Below are positions 9,841 to 18,230 of a stretch of 64,000 nucleotides of DNA, piece by piece. Each line of letters opens with the position of its first letter. The first letter of the stretch is position 1. The DNA comes from Alistipes sp. (GTDB taxonomy: Bacteria; Bacteroidota; Bacteroidia; Bacteroidales; Rikenellaceae), in contig JAFOHD010000088.1 in the NCBI GenBank assembly GCA_017421945.1, positions 31,526-95,525 of the forward strand, written 5' to 3'. Below the pieces are notes generated by a model. The model made no database searches and had not been told where the DNA came from. It saw only the letters and a program-made list of their open reading frames with translations. A program made the translations under genes and the position numbers.

Positions 9841-11127
9841 ATGAAGAGAGTATTGCTAACCCTTGCGATGATTCTCTGCACCATGAGCATGTGGGCGCAG
9901 CAGAAGATTGAACTTACGGCCCAGCAGGCTAACGATAGGGTGAATGGGTATGTCGGTGCGGGAGATTATGTGTCGTTGAGTCGCGAGTTGCCGGCCCTGC
10001 GTGAGGCTATTGTCCCTCATCTGCTTAAGCTGGCCGATGCGCTTGTCGCATATCATGAGGGACGCCATGCTGAGAGCAATCAATATATTGCCGAACTTGA
10101 GCAGTATCGCAAAGAGTTGGGTGATGGGGTGATAGTCACAATGCAGAATATCGCCTACTACAATGCGCTTGCTATGGAGGACTATGCTTCCGCTTCGCAA
10201 TATTTGAAACTACTCATGGAGGCTGCTCCCGAGCAGCAGGCTACGCTTGCGAAGTTCGGGCAGTGGATGGACGCCATGCCAAAGCGCAAGGGCGTGAGAA
10301 TCAAGCGCTCAAAGCGTGATAGGGTTATTCCCGTAGAGTGTCGCACGGTGGGTGAGGGCGCACACATAATGCTCAAGGCGATGGCTGGTCGCAAGAGAGT
10401 GGACATGATTTTTGATACGGGATGTTGCACTGCCAACTGCATCACCGAGGAGGCTGCCAAGCGTTTGGGTGTGAAGGTGCTGGCTGACAGCCTGCCGCTG
10501 GGCGGTGTCGGAGGCTCAACCTATGCTAAGGTGGGTGTACTGCCCAAGCTAAAACTTGGCGATGTGGTTGTGAAGAATCTCTCATTCTTTATTGTTGAGA
10601 GCATAGTGGAGGAGGAGTCGGTAGGGAAGATTGAGGCAGTGCTCGGCACCCACGTCATCAGGGCTATGGGTGAGATTCAGATTGACCTTGACAACTCGTG
10701 CATCACACTCCCCGCCAAACAGTGTGAGGCTCCAGTTCATCGAAACCTTACCTTTGACGCGGGTAATTACGGCATAGAATTTAGTTGCGAGCGCGATGTA
10801 CTGCTTGCACATTTTGATACGGGACGCACCAAGAGCGACCTCTCGCAACGATTCTATGGTGAGTATCGCGATGTGGTGGAGAGCAGTGCCGGCCATCGTG
10901 TTCGGAGCCGTCGCTCGGGTGTGGGTGGCAGCCGCGAGATAGACGTGTATCGTATGCCCGCCATTTCGCTCAATATAGCCGACAGGCTGGTTGTGTTTTC
11001 CAATATTGACGTTATTATCAGTGGGCAGCCAACGCAGTGGTATGGTATTATGGGTGTCGATTTTCTGCAAGGAGCAGGACGCGTGACACTTGATTTGCAG
11101 AGGATGTTTTTAAGAATAGACAAGTAA
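9841..11127 (+). CDS. Secreted retropepsin-like aspartic protease with two catalytic lobes
   Basis: Signal peptide, helical N-terminal region, two DTG motifs (MIFDTG, AHFDTG), each followed by a hydrophobic-G segment (AVLG, GIMG). Confidence 0.7.
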   Translation: MKRVLLTLAMILCTMSMWAQQKIELTAQQANDRVNGYVGAGDYVSLSRELPALREAIVPHLLKLADALVAYHEGRHAESNQYIAELEQYRKELGDGVIVTMQNIAYYNALAMEDYASASQYLKLLMEAAPEQQATLAKFGQWMDAMPKRKGVRIKRSKRDRVIPVECRTVGEGAHIMLKAMAGRKRVDMIFDTGCCTANCITEEAAKRLGVKVLADSLPLGGVGGSTYAKVGVLPKLKLGDVVVKNLSFFIVESIVEEESVGKIEAVLGTHVIRAMGEIQIDLDNSCITLPAKQCEAPVHRNLTFDAGNYGIEFSCERDVLLAHFDTGRTKSDLSQRFYGEYRDVVESSAGHRVRSRRSGVGGSREIDVYRMPAISLNIADRLVVFSNIDVIISGQPTQWYGIMGVDFLQGAGRVTLDLQRMFLRIDK

Positions 11128-11861
11128 TGGGGAAGTTGTTTCATCGTATGCTTTACAAGTTGCTCTCGCTGGAGAATTACCTGAGGGTTGTGAGCCGAAT
11201 CTATTTCATCTATCGAGCTTTGGGGCTTGGTCGTGGAGGGCGTGCATTGGAGTATGCGTATCATCTTTCGCAGTTGGTTAAGAGTGGCGACATAGTCATA
11301 GACATAGGAGCTAATCTGGGCTACTACACCTGCCCGCTTGCCGATTTGGTAGGCGCAAAGGGCAAGGTTTATGCCGTGGAGCCCGTCCCCGTAATCTTCT
11401 CTGTGCTTAAGCGCAATGTGGGTGGCAGGAAAAATGTCGAGCTGCTCAATTATGCTCTGGGTGATAAGGAGTGTGCCGTAGAGATGGCTAATGACTCGGT
11501 GGCCTCGGTAGGTTACTTCGGCACAGGGCGCAATTTTGTCAGCGAGGGAGCATTGTCGAAGGATGCGGTACGTTTTACAGCACAGATGCGCCGAGGCAGC
11601 GAGCTATTTAAGGATTTGGGACGACTTGATTTTGTAAAGTGCGATATTGAGGGTTATGAGCGTGTGGTTTTGCCCGAGATGCGCCCTCTGCTTGAGAAGT
11701 ATCACCCTACGGTACTTGTTGAGACAGATGGAGACAGCCGCCGCCAGATGGTTGAAATGTTTGGCGAGATGGGTTACCGGGCTTTCATGCTTGAGGCGGG
11801 GCGCGAGGTGGAACTTGATGTTGAGAGTGATAAGGATATAATTTTCAGATATATTAACTAA
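11127..11861 (+). CDS. FkbM family methyltransferase
   Basis: Motifs IDIGANLGYY, YAVEP and DFVKCDIEGYE. Start overlaps the upstream stop (TAATG). Confidence 0.88.
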   Translation: MGKLFHRMLYKLLSLENYLRVVSRIYFIYRALGLGRGGRALEYAYHLSQLVKSGDIVIDIGANLGYYTCPLADLVGAKGKVYAVEPVPVIFSVLKRNVGGRKNVELLNYALGDKECAVEMANDSVASVGYFGTGRNFVSEGALSKDAVRFTAQMRRGSELFKDLGRLDFVKCDIEGYERVVLPEMRPLLEKYHPTVLVETDGDSRRQMVEMFGEMGYRAFMLEAGREVELDVESDKDIIFRYIN

Positions 11862-11956
11862 ACGACCTAAATAAATGACTGTGGCACTGTTGAATACATT
11901 TCAGACCACTATCCAATATATGCCATTATAAAAGTACAATAAGATTAAATAGTCTA

Positions 11957-12640
11957 ATGAGAATAGATATTATTTCCGTTGTGCCAGAGTTGCTCACCTC
12001 GCCCATGAATGAGTCAATTCTGAAACGCGCGCAAGAGAAGGGGTTGGTGGAGATTGTTGTGCATAATCTCCACGACTACACCCACGACAATCGCAAAACA
12101 ACCGATGATTACCCCTTTGGAGGCGAGGCGGGTATGGTGATGAAGTGTGAGCCCGTGTTTGAACTTATTGAGAAGTTGCAGTCGGAGCGACATTACGACG
12201 AGATTATCTACACCTCGCCCGATGGTATAACCTACAACCAGCATGAGGCCAACCGCTTGTCGATGTGTGAGAATATCATCATCCTCTGTGGGCACTACAA
12301 AGGTATTGATTATCGTATCCGTGAGCATCTCATCACGCGTGAAATATCTATTGGTGACTATGTCCTGACGGGAGGCGAGTTGGCGGCATGTATTATTGCC
12401 GACTCGGTTGTGCGCCTGTTGCCCGGTGCGATTGGAGATGAGGCGTCGGCCTTGACCGATTGTTTCCAGGATGATTTGCTGGCACCACCCGTATATACGC
12501 GACCTGCTGAGTTCCGTGGCTGGCGTGTGCCCGATGTGTTGCTGTCGGGAAATTTTGCCGAGATTGAGAAGTGGAAGGAGGAGCAGGCGTACGAGCGCAC
12601 GGAACGCCTACGTCCCGACCTGTTGGAAAGAATGAAATAA
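11957..12640 (+). CDS. trmD: tRNA (guanine37-N1)-methyltransferase
   Basis: Motifs [36 protein letters not shown] and VPDVLLSGN. Confidence 0.96.
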   Translation: MRIDIISVVPELLTSPMNESILKRAQEKGLVEIVVHNLHDYTHDNRKTTDDYPFGGEAGMVMKCEPVFELIEKLQSERHYDEIIYTSPDGITYNQHEANRLSMCENIIILCGHYKGIDYRIREHLITREISIGDYVLTGGELAACIIADSVVRLLPGAIGDEASALTDCFQDDLLAPPVYTRPAEFRGWRVPDVLLSGNFAEIEKWKEEQAYERTERLRPDLLERMK

Positions 12641-12645
12641 AAGGT

Positions 12646-13773
12646 ATGAAATATTACATTATTGCGGGTGAGCCTTCGGGTGATTTGCATGGCTCCAACT
12701 TGATGAAAGGAATCAAAAAGGCTGATGCCGAGGCGCAGTTTCGTTTCTGTGGCGGCGATATGATGGCGGCTGTGGGTGGCAGGGAGAATCTGCTGAAGCA
12801 CTACCGCGACATGTCGTTCTTCGGCTTTTTGCAAGTGGCTTTGAACATCCGTACTATCGTGGGGCAGATGAAGGCCTGCTGTGATGATATTGTGGCATTC
12901 AACCCCGATGTGGTGATTTTGATTGACTATCCGGGTTTTAACCTGAAAATTGCCAAGTTCGCCCATGAAAGGGGAATCCCTGTTCATTACTACATTGCTC
13001 CCAAGGTGTGGGCGTGGAAGGAGCGCAGGGTGAAGTCTTTAAGAAAGTGGGTTGACAGGCTCTATACAATCTTCCCCTTTGAGACTCCTTATTTCAGGAG
13101 TAAGGGCATTGAGCCTCATTTTTGTGGCAATCCTCTGGTTGATGCCATCACAGAGCGTTGTGCGGCTGCTCCTGTGGAGGAGCTGTTTCGCGCCGAGAAT
13201 GGCCTGGATGAAAGGCCTGTCATCGCCTTGTTGGCGGGAAGTCGCGTAAGTGAAATCAAGGCTAATCTGCGATTTATGGCACGCCTTGCCGAGCGTCTGC
13301 CCTCGCATCAGTTTGTTGTTGCGGGCGTGGGATGGATAGCGCATGAGCAGTATGAGGTCTTTACAAAGGATATGCCCGTGAAGATAGTCTGTGATAAGAC
13401 CTATGAACTGTTGCAGATATCCGAGGCGGCAGTCGTGACGTCGGGTACCGCGACGTTGGAAACGGCCCTTATAGGTGTGCCCGAGGTGGTGGTGTATGGT
13501 ATTCCATGGCTTTATGAGAAGGTTAAGCCCTATCTGCTCACCATCCCCTATGTGTCGCTTGTGAACATCAATATGGGGCGTGAGGTGGTGCGCGAGATGG
13601 TTGTCTATAATCCCTCGGTGGATGAGGCCGAGCAGGAGTTACGCTCGATAATGAAGGGTGGTGCAAAGCGCGAAAAGATGTTAAAGGAGTTTGACGAGCT
13701 GCGCACAATCATAGGCGGAGCAGGAGCAAGTGACAGGTTTGCCGAGGATATAGTAAGGACGATTCAAAAATAA
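12646..13773 (+). CDS. lpxB: Lipid-A-disaccharide synthase
   Basis: MKYYIIAGEPSGDLHG start, and motifs IDYPGFN, PKVWAW, AGSR and SGTATLE. Confidence 0.95.
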   Translation: MKYYIIAGEPSGDLHGSNLMKGIKKADAEAQFRFCGGDMMAAVGGRENLLKHYRDMSFFGFLQVALNIRTIVGQMKACCDDIVAFNPDVVILIDYPGFNLKIAKFAHERGIPVHYYIAPKVWAWKERRVKSLRKWVDRLYTIFPFETPYFRSKGIEPHFCGNPLVDAITERCAAAPVEELFRAENGLDERPVIALLAGSRVSEIKANLRFMARLAERLPSHQFVVAGVGWIAHEQYEVFTKDMPVKIVCDKTYELLQISEAAVVTSGTATLETALIGVPEVVVYGIPWLYEKVKPYLLTIPYVSLVNINMGREVVREMVVYNPSVDEAEQELRSIMKGGAKREKMLKEFDELRTIIGGAGASDRFAEDIVRTIQK

Positions 13774-13892
13774 AATTGTCTAACGAGGTGATTTTTGCGT
13801 TGCGCTCGGTCTTGAAATCCTCACATGCGCCGTGTATGCTGCGGTTTCTCGACCTTCGCAAGCCTGAAAACACCTCTCGTTATAGCAATTTT
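13772..13892 (+). repeat. ~110-120 bp palindromic intergenic element, copy 1
   Basis: Nested inverted repeats (aacgaggtg/cacctctcgtt, ggtc/gacc, catgc/gtatg). Clear similarity to 33125-33232. Confidence 0.8.
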
Positions 13893-14014
13893 TAGCAGGA
13901 AATTTATAAAAATTAGAATTGATGTTTTTCGGTGCTGTTGTGTTTGATTCCCTGCGGAATGTTGCTAGTGACGGCGATATATGTAAATGTAAGAAAAGAA
14001 AAATTCAATAAACG

Positions 14015-14638
14015 ATGAAACTAATCTGCATTGGAAGAAACTATGCAGCACATGCTGCTGAGCTAAATGATGGGGCAGAGTTGCCAAAAGAACCACTCTT
14101 TTTTCTCAAGCCCGACACAGCGTTGCTGCGTAATAACGATCCCTTCTATATACCCTCATTCTCAAGTGAGGTGCATTATGAGTGCGAGCTTGTGGTGCGC
14201 ATCACCCGCCTGGCGAAGTGTATGGATGTGAAGTTCGCATCGCGCTGCTATGAGGAGGTGGGCCTGGGTATAGATTTTACGGCCCGAGACCTTCAGCGTG
14301 AAGCTATTGCAAAGGGTTTGCCTTGGGAGTTGTGCAAAGGTTTTGATCACTCGGCAGCACTCTCAAATCAGTTTATCCCCCTGTCGGAGCTGGGAGGTGA
14401 TGTGCAAAACCTGACGTTCGAGATGGAGCTCAACGGTGAGCTGCGGCAGCGGGGTTTTACTCGTGATATGCTTTTTAGTGTCGATGAGATTATTGCCCAC
14501 GTTTCAAAATACATGACCTTGCGCATAGGTGACCTTATATATACAGGTACGCCCGTAGGTGTAGGCGCAGTTAAGGCGGGAGATAACATCAAGGCGCGGC
14601 TCGGAGGGCATACGTTGCTTGATTTCGATATCATGTAA
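14015..14638 (+). CDS. Fumarylacetoacetate hydrolase family protein (YcgM/FAHD-like)
   Basis: Motifs CIGRNY, FFLKP, HYECEL, DFTARDLQ, KGFD and GDLIYTGTP.GVG. Confidence 0.9.
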   Translation: MKLICIGRNYAAHAAELNDGAELPKEPLFFLKPDTALLRNNDPFYIPSFSSEVHYECELVVRITRLAKCMDVKFASRCYEEVGLGIDFTARDLQREAIAKGLPWELCKGFDHSAALSNQFIPLSELGGDVQNLTFEMELNGELRQRGFTRDMLFSVDEIIAHVSKYMTLRIGDLIYTGTPVGVGAVKAGDNIKARLGGHTLLDFDIM

Positions 14639-14681
14639 AAATAAAAGTTGTATAACCCGAAAGTTATACAACTTTTATTTT
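14638..14681. terminator. Bidirectional intrinsic terminator
   Basis: Long inverted repeat aaaataaaagttgtataac/gttatacaacttttatttt between convergent genes. Confidence 0.8.
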
Positions 14682-14698
14682 GTCTGTAAGCCAAATGT

Positions 14699-15748
14699 CT
14701 ATTGCTTGCGGAAGTTTGCCATCGGAATTTTTGCCAGATATATGCACGGATTTTTGGTTGCATGCCCCGAGTAGTAGCTTATCCATACCTCGTCGCCAGA
14801 GGTTATGATGCCAGGGTAGCTGTTGTCACCGCCCGAAGGCAATACCAGTGCTTCCTCAAAGAAGCCGTTGTTGTTGCCTAAATATACACATGTCTTGGCT
14901 GCTCCCGGAACGGCCAGGTTACGGGTACACAGCAATATGCGGTTGTCGTCCAGTACGATAAAGTCGGGTCCACCGAGTTTTAAGCCCATTTTCTTCCATT
15001 CCCACTTGGTATAGGGTGCCTCGCTCACGCCCCACATGCCACGTCCGTCACCAGCCTCGCGGCGTACAATTATGGCCATGCGACCGTCGGGCAGGAATCG
15101 TACAGTTGATTCGTTGGGGTAACCATCCATCTCAAGTTTTGTGATTGCCTCGTAGTGCTTGCCGTCGGTGGTCTTTACCAGCCACAGCTCGTTGCCGTTG
15201 TTGTCATCCTCGGGGGCTTTATTGTAGCTCACGCCATAACCCACGCCGTCATGCCAAGTGATGCGCCACACCCAGTCTCGCTTTGATGTCATCTTCTTGT
15301 CCAATATGGCAGGCTCGGGTGCCGTGAAAGTTTTGCCGTCGGAAGAGAACATCACGTGAGGCTCGCACGCCACTAACTCACGGTTTTGGTATATTGAACC
15401 GCCAACGTTCACCAGGATTCTACCATCGGGCATAACCGAGAGTTTGGGGTCACGCAAGTCAATTCCCTCCTTGCCTACGAAGGCCACCGACTCCCATGAC
15501 TGGCCATCGGTTGATGAGAGGATTCTCACCTTACCCTCGGCTTTGCCATCCTTGTCAAAGATGTGAGATACTCCCTCGCGGAACGAGCAGTAGTAACGTC
15601 CCTGATGATAGATGAGCGATGAGAATGCGCAATGCATTGTGCTGTCGCCCCAAATTCGCTTGACATTGTAGCTGAATTGTTGAGCCGATAATGTCGAGAT
15701 GGCAAAAAACATTGCCACCCAAATCATAATTATACGAAGCAATTTCAT
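14699..15748 (-). CDS. Secreted BNR/Asp-box beta-propeller protein (sialidase-like fold)
   Basis: Signal peptide, Asp-box-like repeats SSTDGQSW, SSDGKTF and TTDGKHY, plus DLRDPKL and GDNSYPG. Confidence 0.65.
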   Translation of the reverse strand: MKLLRIIMIWVAMFFAISTLSAQQFSYNVKRIWGDSTMHCAFSSLIYHQGRYYCSFREGVSHIFDKDGKAEGKVRILSSTDGQSWESVAFVGKEGIDLRDPKLSVMPDGRILVNVGGSIYQNRELVACEPHVMFSSDGKTFTAPEPAILDKKMTSKRDWVWRITWHDGVGYGVSYNKAPEDDNNGNELWLVKTTDGKHYEAITKLEMDGYPNESTVRFLPDGRMAIIVRREAGDGRGMWGVSEAPYTKWEWKKMGLKLGGPDFIVLDDNRILLCTRNLAVPGAAKTCVYLGNNNGFFEEALVLPSGGDNSYPGIITSGDEVWISYYSGHATKNPCIYLAKIPMANFRKQ

Positions 15749-16013
15749 AGTTATAAATTGTAAGTTATTAATGCTATTTTGTATAAAATTTGCAACATTG
15801 CAATCAAATATTCAGACAAAGTTATATATAAAATGCGAGAATTGCAATAAAAATATAAGCAAATAAATATGCATAACTATTTCCAAAGTAGGGTGGCATA
15901 TCTACATATTTATGCATAAATGTTTGATTTTTATGGGTCAAATCTTTGTGTTTTTAATATTTTTTATTAAATTTGCACAAAATTTAATTAGAAATCATAT
16001 AAAATTTTCAAAT

Positions 16014-17369
16014 ATGAACACGGCGGTAAAGGAGTATATCGAGCAGTTTATGGCAGATATAGTAGCAAAGAATCCCGGTGAGTTAGAGTTTCATCAGGCG
16101 GTGCGAGAAGTAGTAGAGAGTGTGGCTCCTTATGTTTTAGAGAATCCTCAGTTGATGAAGATGAAAGTTCTGGAGCGTATTGCTGAGCCCGAGCGAGTAG
16201 TGATGTTCCGTGTACCTTGGGTTAATGACAAGGGCGAGGTGATGATTAACAAGGGTTATCGTGTTCAGATGAATAGCGCAATAGGTCCATATAAGGGCGG
16301 TATCCGTTTCCACTCGAGTGTAAACCTCAGCATTTTGAAGTTCCTTGCTTTTGAGCAGACATTCAAGAACAGCCTTACAACTCTGCCAATGGGAGGCGGA
16401 AAGGGTGGCTCGGATTTTAACCCCAAGGGCAAGTCAGAGATGGAGATTATGCGCTTCTGTCAGAGCTTTATGACCGAGCTTACACGTCATATCGGCAGCG
16501 ATACCGATGTGCCTGCGGGTGATATCGGTGTAGGAGGCCGTGAGGTAGGCTATATGTTTGGTCAGTACAAGCGTCTGGCAAATGAGTTTACAGGAACTTT
16601 CACCGGCAAGGGCTTAAGTTTTGGTGGTTCGCTGATGCGCCCCGAGGCTACGGGTTACGGAGCATGCTATTTCGGTCAGGCCATGTTGGCGACACGTGGT
16701 GATTCGTATGAGGGCAAGACTGTAGCGATATCGGGCAGTGGTAATGTGGCACAGTTTGCAGCCGAGAAGGCGCTTGCTTTGGGCGCAAAGGTTGTTACCA
16801 TGTCGGATTCAAACGGTTTTATATATGATCCCGACGGCATTGATGAGGATAAGTTGCACTACATCTTTGAACTGAAGAATATGTTGCGCGGTCGCATCCG
16901 TGAGTATGTGAATAAGTATCCTACGGCGCAGTATTTCGAGGGCGAGCGTCCTTGGAGCGTGAAGTGCGACATCGCTATGCCTTGTGCTACGCAGAACGAG
17001 CTCAACGGCGAGCAGGCGGCTATGTTGGTGGCTAACGGATGCAAGTGCGTGGTTGAGGGAGCAAATATGCCTACAACGCCCGAGGCTATCGAGATTTTCC
17101 AGAAGGCCAAGTTGTTGTATTCGCCAGGTAAGGCTTCAAACGCCGGAGGTGTTGCTACTTCAGGTCTTGAGATGACACAGAACTCAATGCGTATCAAGTG
17201 GAGCGCAGAGGAAGTTGATGCTAAATTGCACGAGATAATGAATAAAATTCACGCTGTATGCGTAGAGTACGGTACTGAGCCCGATGGTTATGTGAATTAT
17301 GTAAAGGGCGCCAATATCGCAGGCTTTATGACAGTTGCAGATGCTATGTTAGCCCAAGGCATAGTTTAG
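16014..17369 (+). CDS. gdhA: Glutamate dehydrogenase (probably NADP-specific)
   Basis: Motifs GPYKGGIRF, MGGGKGG, DVPAGDIGVG, RPEATGYG, SGSGNVA, EGANMP and NAGGVA. TAAATTTG box at 15968-15975. Confidence 0.95.
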   Translation: MNTAVKEYIEQFMADIVAKNPGELEFHQAVREVVESVAPYVLENPQLMKMKVLERIAEPERVVMFRVPWVNDKGEVMINKGYRVQMNSAIGPYKGGIRFHSSVNLSILKFLAFEQTFKNSLTTLPMGGGKGGSDFNPKGKSEMEIMRFCQSFMTELTRHIGSDTDVPAGDIGVGGREVGYMFGQYKRLANEFTGTFTGKGLSFGGSLMRPEATGYGACYFGQAMLATRGDSYEGKTVAISGSGNVAQFAAEKALALGAKVVTMSDSNGFIYDPDGIDEDKLHYIFELKNMLRGRIREYVNKYPTAQYFEGERPWSVKCDIAMPCATQNELNGEQAAMLVANGCKCVVEGANMPTTPEAIEIFQKAKLLYSPGKASNAGGVATSGLEMTQNSMRIKWSAEEVDAKLHEIMNKIHAVCVEYGTEPDGYVNYVKGANIAGFMTVADAMLAQGIV

Positions 17370-17410
17370 TGAATTTGATTTAGGTTGGTTAATGAGAATT
17401 TTTTTTTGCT

Positions 17411-17453
17411 GTGTTGCGGCACCTTATTGGGAGGGTGCCGCAATATTTTTTTT
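17411..17453 (+). terminator. Intrinsic terminator after gdhA
   Basis: Stem ttgcggcacc/ggtgccgcaa followed by a T-run. Confidence 0.8.
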
Positions 17454-17508
17454 GTTGTAGAGTCAAAAAAGAGTATATTATTTGTATATTTGAGACAAAT
17501 ATGTTGTT

Positions 17509-18099
17509 ATGAAGCAGAGCTGGAAACCCGGAACGATGATATATCCGCTGCCTGCGGTGCTGGTGAGCGTGGGCGAAACAGAGCAGGAGTATAACCTCTT
17601 TACAGTAGCGTGGACTGGTACGGTGTGTACCAATCCCCCGATGTGTTACATATCGGTGCGCCCCGAGCGTCACTCCTATGATATAATAAAGCGTACGGGT
17701 GAGTTTGTTATAAACATCACAACCGAAGAGCTGGCACGTGCGACAGATTGGTGCGGAGTCAGGTCGGGCAGGGACTATAATAAATTTGCCGAGATGGGGC
17801 TCACGCCCGTGGCTGCTGCGCAGGTGAAGGCTCCCGTCGTTGAGCAGTCTCCCGTGTCGATTGAGTGTCGGGTGCGTCAGGTTGTGCCTTTGGGCTCTCA
17901 CGATATGTTTATCGCCGATGTGGTGAACGTGCTTGTCGATGAGGAGTATATCGATACAGAGAGCGGTAAGTTGGATCTTCAGCGTGCGGGGCTCATCACA
18001 TATTCGCATGGCGAGTATTATCGTTTGGGTGAGGTTATAGGCCATTTTGGCTGGTCGGTAAAGAAGAAGGGTAAAAAGAAAAAGCGTAATAATCAGTAA
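17509..18099 (+). CDS. Flavin reductase family protein
   Basis: Motifs YPLPAVLV, ISVRPERHS, GEFVINI, IECRV and GSHDMFIADV. Confidence 0.88.
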   Translation: MKQSWKPGTMIYPLPAVLVSVGETEQEYNLFTVAWTGTVCTNPPMCYISVRPERHSYDIIKRTGEFVINITTEELARATDWCGVRSGRDYNKFAEMGLTPVAAAQVKAPVVEQSPVSIECRVRQVVPLGSHDMFIADVVNVLVDEEYIDTESGKLDLQRAGLITYSHGEYYRLGEVIGHFGWSVKKKGKKKKRNNQ

Positions 18100-18120
18100 A
18101 TTGGGTAAAAGATAATCATG

Positions 18121-18155
18121 GGACCGTAAATGTTATATTTGCGGTCCTCTTTTTT
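18121..18155 (+). terminator. Intrinsic terminator
   Basis: Stem ggaccgtaaat/atttgcggtcc followed by a T-run. Confidence 0.75.
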
Positions 18156-18230
18156 GCATAGTTGTCTGAAAATTGAAGTTTTCACTCACTCTTTTGAGTT
18201 GTATTGTGAATGGATAATTAAAGACAAAAT

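Noticed and set aside
12571-12645. N-terminal extensions given by the ORF track (lpxB, murA, gdhA, GtaA-like copy 2, GH16, DUF4435, GAF)
   Set aside because: The upstream alternative starts overlap promoters, terminators or neighbouring genes; downstream ATGs match the family N-termini.
18156-18230. Invertible promoter or ops site upstream of the wza-like gene
   Set aside because: The interval is short, with only a weak hairpin. There is no convincing inverted-repeat pair around a promoter and no recombinase or UpxY nearby.
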